This document shows, one piece after another, positions 1 through 9,100 of a DNA stretch of 47,998 nucleotides. The notes beneath the pieces are model-generated. The model saw nothing but the letters and a program-made list of their open reading frames with translations, had not been told where the DNA came from and made no database searches. Source of the DNA: Candidatus Bipolaricaulia bacterium. GTDB lineage: Bacteria; Bipolaricaulota; Bipolaricaulia; RBG-16-55-9. Every line of letters begins with the position of its first letter. Position 1 is the stretch's first letter. The position numbers and the translations under genes were made by a program. Location: the NCBI GenBank assembly GCA_042219045.1, contig JBDGQO010000037.1:1-47998 (forward strand), in the 5' to 3' direction.

Positions 1-1
1 T

Positions 2-580
2 CAAGAGCTTTTTCCGAGAGGTCGGGTTAGTTTGAGTACTTTCTCACGGATCGGTAAGGCCCTTCTGCTTACCGGCTTCGCGGGGGCGTTTCGGCGGTCC
101 GAACTCGCGGCCCTCCAAATAGAGCACGTTGACAGTCGTCCGGACGGTATTCTCGTGACCGTGCCGGAAAGCAAGACCGACCAGGAGGGAGATGGGCAAA
201 TCGTGGCGATCCGCAGGATCGAAGAGTCAGAGTACTGCCCGGTGTCGGCCCTGAGAGAATGGGTCTCCGTTGCTTCTATCGAGGAAGGGGCGATTTTCCG
301 GGGCGTGCCCCGGTCGGGATACATCTCTCGCGGTGCAATCACCGGGCGTACCGTTGGCAACGCCGTGAAACGAGCCGCTGAGGCTGCGGGGCTTCCTCAG
401 GCGGAGGATTACACAGGGCACTCCCTCCGAGCCGGGCACATCACGCAGGCCTCGATGGAAGGGGCTCCCGACGCGGCGATTCAGGCACAGAGTCGGCATG
501 AGAGCGACCGGGCGTTTCGGGAGTATGTCCGTCCGCAGAAGCTTCTGGAGAACACCTCCAGTGCGCACCTCGGTCTGTAA
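2..580 (+). CDS. Cre-like tyrosine recombinase/integrase, catalytic C-terminal domain (5' part outside the window or truncated)
   Basis: The frame is open from nt 2. Catalytic motifs in order: ALLLTGFAGAFRRSEL (R), ESKTDQEG (K), GHSLRAG (HxxR), SRHES (H/W), FREYVR (Y). Confidence 0.88.
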   Translation, partial: QELFPRGRVSLSTFSRIGKALLLTGFAGAFRRSELAALQIEHVDSRPDGILVTVPESKTDQEGDGQIVAIRRIEESEYCPVSALREWVSVASIEEGAIFRGVPRSGYISRGAITGRTVGNAVKRAAEAAGLPQAEDYTGHSLRAGHITQASMEGAPDAAIQAQSRHESDRAFREYVRPQKLLENTSSAHLGL

Positions 581-610
581 GCAATTTACTAATTGGATCA
601 AGCTGGCAGA

Positions 611-2266
611 ATGGATAGAGACGTTGGAGACCTTGGAGAAAAGGTAGCCGAGATGTGGTGCGACCAAGCAGGCATGACGGCCAACCGGTCGTACGAGGAC
701 GAAAGGGGCTGGGACTGTCTCGCCGAATTTACACTCACCGAAGATGAATCAAAGACTGCTGTCCGTCCGCACGATCGAGACCTTCGGGGAGTCAAAGCCT
801 TCGTACAGGTAAAATCGACCAATAGTAGGAGAGGACGCGTCTCAATAAAGCTAAGCAACTGGAAGTATTTGGCCACGGAGACTCTGCATCCGTGCTTTAT
901 TCTCGTCCTTGAGTTTGACGGGGAGGATGAGCCGCAGAGGGCTTACCTCATTCATGTGGGGGAAGACCTGATCGAGAGAATCCTCCAGCGCCTGAGGGAG
1001 GTTTCAGAAGAAGACACCCAACTACACGAAACTTCCACGTCCGTTTCCTACGGAGAGGAGGAACGCCTTGAAAACGAAAGTGGGCACGCACTTCGAGCGG
1101 CAATCGTCGAGACGATTGAAGGGAATCCGATACGGTACAAAGCCTGGAAGAGACGCTGCCTTACGGAGGTCGGATACGAGGGAGCGACAGTGCGCGTGCA
1201 GGGGCAAGCTGAGCTGCCTAGCGATTATGAGGGAGATCCGGAGGGCTTTATTGCCGACCTTTCGGCTGGATTGCAGTCCTCGCTCGATCTGGAAGTGGAT
1301 GAGGCCCAGGACCTCCGCTTCGGCGACCCCGCAACTCTTTCCTCTTTTCCGGACCACATCCGGCTGAGCCCTGATCATGAAACCGAAGAGGTGAAGCTGA
1401 TCTTTTCGGCTGGGAGGTACACGCGGGAGCGGATTAATGCCAATCTTTACCGTCCGAGCGAACTGATGGAGAAGGTTCCAGCAGGGAAAAGGAAGCTCCG
1501 CTTCTCAATGCCTTACGCGGATCTTGTCGTCGCTGAGGACGCTCAACCGCTGCGTTTCGATGTAAACCTGCCTCCGAAAGACACTCCGGTGGCGCTCGCG
1601 GACCTGCAGCCGCTGGCTAAATTGATTCTATTCTTTCAGGAGATGTACGAGGAAAATCAGGACTTCACGATCAAGGTATCCGATCTCTCAGGAAATCCAT
1701 CGGAAGGCACAATAGGTGCTTTCTCTGGAGGAAATTTTCGTGCGGAAGAAACTCTTGGAATCGCTGCTCGGAGAATCAGGAATACGTGGAGGGTCTGGAA
1801 GGCTCTTGACGAGCAGGACCAAGTCAAGGTGACTATGCCACACATTTTGGAGAACTGGAAAGAATATCTCCTTCTGAAAAAGGCTCTTCGCGGTGAAGAA
1901 GTGCCTGTCTCCTTAGAGTACGGCCTCTTTAAGCCGTATAAAGAGATCTGCGGTACTCCGAACCCGACTGTAGCCATTCCCGAGCCCTTCATCCTCATTA
2001 CGTCCACACATGGCCTGATAGTCGGAGTCGTCCTGATGGGAGAGCCCGAGTCGTTAGGCAGGAAAGAAGGTCTCGACCACTACGAGTTGTCCGCTGAGAA
2101 GACCGACGTGGTGTACAAAGACACGTTCTTGGAGGGCGAAGAGACCCCTTTCGACGACGCGATGGAGATTCGAGAGTTGTGTGCGGAGAGGATTGATGAA
2201 GAGGGATTCTTTGTTCACATAACCGCACCGGCGGATCAGCGGGAGCCCGGGTCACGCGAGAGTTGA
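611..2266 (+). CDS. DUF4365-like PD-(D/E)XK nuclease-domain protein with a large unknown C-terminal region (possible defence protein)
   Basis: N-terminal GDLGE...DERGWDCLAEF...FVQVKST matches the DUF4365/restriction-like D...QxK motif. In-frame ATG at 611 (ORF track starts at TTG 593). Confidence 0.65.
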   Translation: MDRDVGDLGEKVAEMWCDQAGMTANRSYEDERGWDCLAEFTLTEDESKTAVRPHDRDLRGVKAFVQVKSTNSRRGRVSIKLSNWKYLATETLHPCFILVLEFDGEDEPQRAYLIHVGEDLIERILQRLREVSEEDTQLHETSTSVSYGEEERLENESGHALRAAIVETIEGNPIRYKAWKRRCLTEVGYEGATVRVQGQAELPSDYEGDPEGFIADLSAGLQSSLDLEVDEAQDLRFGDPATLSSFPDHIRLSPDHETEEVKLIFSAGRYTRERINANLYRPSELMEKVPAGKRKLRFSMPYADLVVAEDAQPLRFDVNLPPKDTPVALADLQPLAKLILFFQEMYEENQDFTIKVSDLSGNPSEGTIGAFSGGNFRAEETLGIAARRIRNTWRVWKALDEQDQVKVTMPHILENWKEYLLLKKALRGEEVPVSLEYGLFKPYKEICGTPNPTVAIPEPFILITSTHGLIVGVVLMGEPESLGRKEGLDHYELSAEKTDVVYKDTFLEGEETPFDDAMEIRELCAERIDEEGFFVHITAPADQREPGSRES

Positions 2267-2490
2267 CGAGAGGGGCTGAAGGATTTAGTCAAAGAGATGG
2301 ATGTCCAGAAATCCTGTAGCCGGATAGTCTGTCACGAAGGTCAGGAAGAGAAAAGGGAATCCCCGCTGAGAGCGGGAAGATCAACTGAGTTTCGGGGGGA
2401 GGCCCATCTTTCCGACGACAGAGGCTTCGTAGAGGAACGGCTCTTCTTAGTGACGCTGCTACTCGTTCTGGCTCGCGCTACCCTGCCTGA

Positions 2491-2520
2491 GTGTTACGGA
2501 AAGCCTAATTTCCGTAACGC
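2491..2520. repeat. Inverted repeat GTTACGGAAA-gcctaa-TTTCCGTAAC (10-6-10), candidate recombination or protein-binding site
   Basis: Perfect 10-bp arms at 2493-2502 and 2509-2518 with a 6-bp asymmetric spacer. A 13/15 copy of the right half lies at 2558-2572. Confidence 0.6.
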
Positions 2521-2726
2521 ATGCGCGACCAAACATAGCACCTCCGCCAATCGGTGGAATTACGTAACGCATTCACGAGTAAGGTCCCTCTCAGCGATGC
2601 TTGGGGGTAGTACTCCTTCCCCATGATGTAGGCCTCGATCAAACTTTGTGCAACGGGGACTTCTGCGTTTGAGATTTATTGATCTCGTGCTAGGGAGCGT
2701 CGGCACGGATCGGAGAAGAGATACCG

Positions 2727-4070
2727 CTACTCTCGTCCGCTAAACACGTTACTCGGCGTCTCCCCATCCACTTCCTCGATGGCTACTGCCAGCACCCTAT
2801 TGATCGCTGGAGCCAACTGCTGGTGCTCCCTAACCGCCATCGTGAGCGTTTCGTAGTAGCTTTCGGGAAGTTCGCGTCTGGAAACGTCGTATTCTTTTCG
2901 CGTAAGGCTAGGGTTTTTTCGCGTGATGTTGGGTGCCTTCGTGACATCCTGTTTTCCCAGTGCCGGGTCAACAACATCAGCGAAACGGTCACTGGTGAAT
3001 AAGTCCTTGAATCGGTCTTTGTATTTGCTCTCTCCTCCAGGCCATCTGAGTTCTACTGTCAGTCGTCCCTCCTCAAACGATTCTATGTCTCGGATCAGAT
3101 GGACAAAATGCATCCTCACTTTACTGCTAGATAGGTTTAGTCCATCGTCCAGCCGCCACTCAGAGCGATAGAAGTGGCCATATATATTGGAATTGCAGTG
3201 CCAGTCCTCCGTCCACGTATCAGGCTGGTATTTTTCGAGAAAGCGCCTCCTCCAATTTCTGCGTTCATGCTCGTGAATCGCCTCAAGACCACTTCTTGCT
3301 TCCTGGATTGCATCCAGATGCTCGAAGTAGAGCTGCATCTTTTTCTGTTTTGTCTGGAGATGCAGGTCGTCACTCATGTCCTGGTGTATTGTATCGAGGA
3401 AATCGCTCAGCTGCGCGGTTGTGCGTGATGGATACCGGCCACGGTCATCGGCAAGAACTGTGGAAAGCCACTTCTGCACCTCCCCCCAGGTGATATTCAC
3501 GAACGGACCTGCGGTCGCGTCCTCACTCCCACGACGTTTGATATAAACGAAGTGATGCCCCTCGGCGGGAAAGCTTTCTTTCGGCACCTGCCCCACTTGA
3601 TTGTCCTCAACGTACCGACGGGTCTGATCTCCTGACTCAGAGGAGTAGAGTTTCAACTCGCAACAGACGAAGAACTGACCAGGGTCCCTAATAAGAAGAT
3701 CTGGGCGGTTTCCAGTATCGGACGTTGGCTCAGTGACTACTTCAATCTCTTCGGAAACGTGGTCGGGAAGACCGCCATCCGTCCAACTGCTCAGTCCTTT
3801 TAGGAACTGGTTGAGAGCATCATTCCCCAATCCATGTGGGGCAGACGGATCGAGAAAATAGCCGAGGTAATTTTGCCAAGCTCTTTCCGCGTCGGCTTCA
3901 CCCTGGATCTGAAGAGTGGTGCGAGGCGGTGGGGCCGGGGACGGAATCCGGTCGATCCTCGATTTGAGCTCTCCAAGGCGTTCCCCGAGCCGAGTCACGG
4001 TCTTCTCTTGAACTGATGAGGAAAGCTCCCTGAGTTGTCCTCTGATTTCTTTCTCACGTGCTTCCGGCAT
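2727..4070 (-). CDS. PD-(D/E)XK nuclease superfamily protein (PDDEXK_4-like)
   Basis: E..WQNYLGYFLDPSAPHGLG..L..FL, then E...NRPDLLI...ELKL.S.ES.DQT.RY, typical of PDDEXK_4. Likely start ATG at 4070. Confidence 0.8.
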   Translation of the reverse strand: MPEAREKEIRGQLRELSSSVQEKTVTRLGERLGELKSRIDRIPSPAPPPRTTLQIQGEADAERAWQNYLGYFLDPSAPHGLGNDALNQFLKGLSSWTDGGLPDHVSEEIEVVTEPTSDTGNRPDLLIRDPGQFFVCCELKLYSSESGDQTRRYVEDNQVGQVPKESFPAEGHHFVYIKRRGSEDATAGPFVNITWGEVQKWLSTVLADDRGRYPSRTTAQLSDFLDTIHQDMSDDLHLQTKQKKMQLYFEHLDAIQEARSGLEAIHEHERRNWRRRFLEKYQPDTWTEDWHCNSNIYGHFYRSEWRLDDGLNLSSSKVRMHFVHLIRDIESFEEGRLTVELRWPGGESKYKDRFKDLFTSDRFADVVDPALGKQDVTKAPNITRKNPSLTRKEYDVSRRELPESYYETLTMAVREHQQLAPAINRVLAVAIEEVDGETPSNVFSGRE

Positions 4071-4842
4071 GCCGTGAAGCAAATTAGGAGTGTTCAGAGC
4101 AAATGGCGTTGGTTCCCCTCAGTCAGAGGATCAGATCAGTCACGATTGGAGAGGGAGATAAAAGCAAAGGGTAGGGTGACGTAGAAACGCATAACTAGTT
4201 TTATGATCTGCTAATTGTATGTCCCCAAACACCTAATTGCAACCTCCTCATCGTGGAAATGAACGCGGCTGTCCATACCCGCGAGACTATGTGAAGCCCT
4301 TTCGCTCGTGACTCTGACAGACGGGACGATCCGCGCGGCGTCACGGTCCGGGCAGCAGGTGCCCGTTCAAGCGTTTCATCCCCATAGCGCTGGCTACCCG
4401 GAGCAGCGCTTTGCGCTTCGTTACAAGGGCCGCGTGATCCCGCCCGGACACAGATCATTCAGGACGGTTACCGCCGCTTGGGACACCAGGACAGTTGCGA
4501 GCTGCGCTAACCCTTCCCGACGGATGGAAGAGGTCGGGTGAATGGCGCCGAACGGGCGTTCTGCCTCCAGACTGCACCGGAATCGGTCCCCTCCTCAAGG
4601 CGCCCGACCCGCGAATGGCCGTACGAAACGTACGTGCTGACGGCTGGATGGAGGAATTGAGCGGGCCTACGCGAAACTCCGCACCCGTCTCGGCTGGCCT
4701 TCAGCCCGGTCGGGGCGGGCGTGTTTCGTTCGTATTTCTAAGTGAACTGGGACGTCTTCTTGACAGATCCTTCGAACCACCGTTAGACTGTTCAGGGTCC
4801 GCTTGTACAGCTTCTCGATATTTCGATATATGACCTGCCGTT

Positions 4843-5814
4843 ATGAGTATGAGATGGCTTTGCGTCTTTATTGCCGCTGTTCTGTCCTTTAGCACCCTAA
4901 AACCTGCTATTGCTCAGCAACGGGCGACGCTGCCCTCCCAGATCAGAGCGAACCTCACCGATGCCCAGCTGAAGGAGTTCCGCCGTAGTCAGTTGAGCGT
5001 TCAGGTGGACACCAAAACAAAAACCAAAATCAGTGCAAATACCTATACATGGCTTCTTCCTGACACTTCCTTTTTAAGACCTACAGGGGATAGAACTATC
5101 ACAAAAAAGCAGATCAAGAATTGGCATCTGTATGAGGGGTTTCAGAAAGTAAAAGAACCCGAGTTTTTTCGTATAGCAGGTTATCCGAAGGCCGCCCGAC
5201 AAGCCAAAGAGTGGCATACTAGAGGTTGGGTGGTCCCCACTGCAATCGTGGGAGCGATAGCTGGAGTCGGAGGAGTCGTATGGCTGGCAAGCTTGGAAAC
5301 CTACACCAACCAGGGAACTACCTACTTCAGAAACGAAGGCCAAGCTTTGGTAGGCGGAGTCCTAGCCGGTGGTGGACTCGGAATTAGTCTCACTGCCCTC
5401 ATCAAGGGAAAATGGAAAGACGGGCTGTGGGCTCCCCCCGAACGGCTTCGGAGCGTCGCCAGTGATCATAACAAAAATCTGTATGAGAAGCTCGCGGGAA
5501 GGACATCCACTCCAGAAAGAGGAACCGCTCAGCGAAACGGACGTCTTCCCGCCACGACGACAAACGTTGGTCCGACGGTCGAAGAGGCGCTATCCCTTCC
5601 CAGCGGGGCGATGAAGGTCAAATCCTCGGAAGTCGAGAGCCTTCAGAAAGGCGACGTGATTATCTCAATCGATGGGGCAGAGCTCAAGCAGGAAGAAAGT
5701 CTGAAGCAGGTAATCAAACGCTACTCTCCGGGCGACACGATTCAGTTGGAGATTCTCAGAGAAGGAGAAAACAAAACGGTGTCCGTAACCCTGGGAGGAA
5801 GTATCGGCGGATGA
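4843..5814 (+). CDS. Exported/membrane protein with a C-terminal PDZ-like domain
   Basis: Signal peptide MRWLCVFIAAVLSFSTLKPAIA; two Gly-rich hydrophobic segments; C-terminal LQKGDVIISIDG...PGDTIQLEILREG..KTVSVTLG (HtrA-type PDZ). Confidence 0.72.
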   Translation: MSMRWLCVFIAAVLSFSTLKPAIAQQRATLPSQIRANLTDAQLKEFRRSQLSVQVDTKTKTKISANTYTWLLPDTSFLRPTGDRTITKKQIKNWHLYEGFQKVKEPEFFRIAGYPKAARQAKEWHTRGWVVPTAIVGAIAGVGGVVWLASLETYTNQGTTYFRNEGQALVGGVLAGGGLGISLTALIKGKWKDGLWAPPERLRSVASDHNKNLYEKLAGRTSTPERGTAQRNGRLPATTTNVGPTVEEALSLPSGAMKVKSSEVESLQKGDVIISIDGAELKQEESLKQVIKRYSPGDTIQLEILREGENKTVSVTLGGSIGG

Positions 5815-5840
5815 CCACCTCTTATGCTTCCGGTTTTCTC

Positions 5841-5877
5841 CCCCACCTCGGTTTGCCGAGGTCGGGCTTTTGTGTTT
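5841..5877 (+). terminator. Probable intrinsic terminator after the PDZ gene
   Basis: Stem ACCTCGG-tttg-CCGAGGT (5845-5862), extendable by CCC/GGG, followed by CTTTTGTGTTT. Confidence 0.6.
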
Positions 5878-6007
5878 CCCTGGTGTGAAGAACGGAGGAA
5901 GGCGCTATGCTACAGGGGGCCACGAGTCTATCGGGGCCACGTCCTGCGCCGTTACGCCTCTCGCGAGCCCGATCTTGGGGACTGTCGGCCCCACATCCAC
6001 GGGGAAA

Positions 6008-6052
6008 TACGACATAAGCTGGAAGGATTGCAACATAAGTTGGCGCATTTCC
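6008..6052 (+). promoter_or_regulatory. Operator-like tandem repeat (two TRCRACATAAGYTGG units 21 bp apart) upstream of the giant T9SS protein
   Basis: tacgacataagctgg (6008) and tgcaacataagttgg (6029). The 45-mer is 36/45 identical to the minus strand of 41175-41219. Confidence 0.7.
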
Positions 6053-6119
6053 CCCTTCCACCCGCGAGATTTTTGTCTACCATCCTTAGCGATCTCGTCT
6101 TCGGAATCGGCTTGGCGTT

Positions 6120-9100
6120 ATGACCCGCCCTGACGCGCCTCCCTTTCCTTCAGGGTTCGCCTTCGTTCTCCTCTGCGCGTCGCTGGTTGCGGCGGCCTCC
6201 ACCGGCTTCGCCCGTGCCCCAAACCGGGGTCGGCCAGCGCAACCGTCCCCCTCTCACGCCTCCGTCGCCGAGACGCGGTTTCCCGTCCGAGCGCGCCACT
6301 CCTACGCTCGGCTTCCGCGAAACGCTGAGCCCACCGTCGAGGGGAGAGGAAAGGTTTACCCCCTCCCTCAAAAACCAGTCCCGACCCCCCCCACGGCGCT
6401 CTCGGATACCAATCCCGCGTTCACTTCCGTTCCTTCGGATTCTACAATTAGCCTGGGGCAGAAGCTCGGCGGTGACGATTACAAGTTCAAAGCAAAGCTC
6501 TCCTCCGGCGGCGACGTTACCTTTAAGCTTCTACAACGCTACAACCCCCCCCAAGGGGCATCCATCGACTCTAAAACGGGCCAATTCACCTGGAGACCGC
6601 GATTTGACCAGCGTGACTCCACCTATGTGATTGGCGTACGAGCGTCTGGACCGAAGGGAAGCCCGACCAACGATACGACTTTCACGGTGATTGTGGAGAC
6701 GGATACAACCCAGGCTCAGTTTATCCACAACGCGGCGGATCCGAGCATTGAGGCGATCGACCTGTACTTCGAGAACGAGAAGTTCAGGGATGACCTCTCG
6801 TTTCGGGCGGCCACCCGTTTCATCTATGTCCCGGCCAACTTCGGGCTCGACGTTGGGTTCGCCCCCGGGAGCTCAAGTGGCCCTAGCGACATCATCGCTA
6901 GCCAGACAATCACATTTGACGCGGACTCGACCTATTCCGTCGTGGCGAACGGCGTTCTCAACCCGGACCGCTTCGCCTCCAATCCCGACCAAGAGCCCAT
7001 CGGCTTCAAGTTCTTCGTAGAGGCGTCCGCCAAGACGAGCGCAGACGGGGCCCAGGTTGCATTTCGAGGGGTGCACGGTGCCACGGATGCCCCCACCATC
7101 GACATTCTCGCAGATGGCCGTAAGCTCTTTGGGAAGCTGACCTACGAAGACGTCACGCAGTCGTACAAGAGCCTGTCGGCCGGCGAGAAAGGCCTAGTTG
7201 TCACACCATCCGACTCGTTCCAGACGCTCAAAAGCTTTCGAGCGGACCTGTCGCCCCTGAGAGGAGAGGCCGCCACGTTACTTGCGAGTGGATTTCTCGA
7301 TCCCTCATCCAATCAGGGAGGACCTGCCTTGCGTCTCCTGGCAGTCCGGCCGGACGGAACCGTGAAGCAGTTCCCCGTCAATCAGACCCCACAGCTCGTC
7401 GAGAGCAGCATCCCTCCCGACACAACAGTCCTCGTCCCTGGGCCCGACGTGGGGGGAAGCGCCTTCGATCTGGACGCGACCGATGCGGACCCGAACGACA
7501 CGGTGTCGTTTCTTCTTGGGCAAGCTCCCGACGGGGCCACGCTGGCCTCGTCGACCGGCCAGTTTTCCTGGAGCCCCACGTTCAGCCAGCGAGACTCGAC
7601 CTACCAGATCACGGTCCGTGCCACAGACGGCATCGACACCACCGCCACGTCGTTCTCCATTTCTGTTGAGGCTCAGACCGCAAAAGCACAATTCATTCAC
7701 AACGCGGCAGACCCCAATCTCCAACGGATCGACCTCTATCTCGACACCAAAAAAATCGCGGATAACCTTTCCTTCCGGGCGGCCACATCGTTTTTGAGGG
7801 TCCCTGCGGGGGGATCCGTGACGCTAGGGGTGGCCAAGAAGGATTCGCGGGCCTTGAGCGACACGGTGGCGAGCCAATCGGTGACGTTCACCCCCGACTC
7901 GACCTATACGACCGTGGCTAGTGGTGTACTGAAGCCGCGCAACTTCGCCAAGAACCCGAACGATAAATCGACTGCCCTCAAATTTTATGTCGAACCTGGG
8001 GCGCTCCAGAAGAGTGCCTCCAACGACTCGGTGGTGCTCCGTGCCGCCCACGGGGCGACCGACCTGCCGACAGTTCGCCTCGACCAGAACGGGACGACGC
8101 TGTTCAGCAATCTGACCTACGGGGACGTGACGCCTGGGTACCTGACCGTACCGGCCAACGAAAAACGCCTCGTCCTCACGCACCAAAACGCTCAGATCAA
8201 AGCCTTCCAGGCGGACACGCTCGCGACGTTCGGGGGACGCGCCGCGACGGTCCTCCTAAGTGGATTCCAGGATTCCTCGGCGGTGAATCAGGGCGGCCCC
8301 TCCCTCCAACTCATTGCGGCCCTCCCGAACGGAGAAGTCGTTCCCCTTCGAAAGAATCGCCCCCCCAAATTCACCTCGGTCCCGAAAGATTTCTCAACCA
8401 AGCCGAAGACGAAAATCGATACCTCAATCAGCGTCATGGATCCCGATGGAGACTCGGTCGCATTGTCGGTTACAACCCCGCTTCCCCGCCGGGCCACGTT
8501 TACCGACACATCCGGCCGGTTTACCTGGACCCCGACCCTCACCGACCGAGACTCCACCTATCAAGTCGGTGTACGAGCCTCCGACGGCGAGGCCGCTACC
8601 GATACCGCGTTCGCCGTGACGGTGCAGACCGGAACCGCCCCCGCTCAATTTATTCACAACGCGGCGGATCCTAACATTGACACCGCCGACGTTTACCTCG
8701 ATGGCGTCCGGATCCTGAACGACTTTTCGTTCCGTTCCGCGACCTCCCTCCAAACACAGACAGTCCCGACGGGCGTAACGGCTCAATTGGGCATCGCGCC
8801 CAAAACCTCAAGGGACAGCGGGGACGTTCTCGCCGCACAGCCAGTCACCTTTAGCGCGGACTCCAGCTACACGATCGTGGCCAGCGGACTCCTTGAGCCA
8901 GACAACTTTGCCGACAATCCGGCGGGCAAGGCCGTGAGTTTCAAGTTCTTCGTCCAAAACGGGGCTCGGACCCAAGCCGACGGAGACCAGGTTAATCTCC
9001 GGGCGGTGCACAGCGTGACTGACGCCCCGAGCCTCGATGTCGAGGTGGTCGGCAATACCCTTTCAGCCGGGACCAGTGTGTTCAAAGGCATCGCGTACGG

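Noticed and set aside
5..15. GAGCTTTTTCC also present near 47910-47920, a possible att-type direct repeat bounding the window
   Set aside because: Only 11 bp, with many such pairs expected by chance in 48 kb, and it lies within the recombinase frame.
2297..2626. 109-aa ORF between the two nuclease genes
   Set aside because: No recognisable motif, atypical composition, and it spans the inverted-repeat site; probably non-coding.
4201..4842. Several short overlapping ORFs
   Set aside because: None has a recognisable domain or convincing start; may be degraded remnants but cannot be supported.
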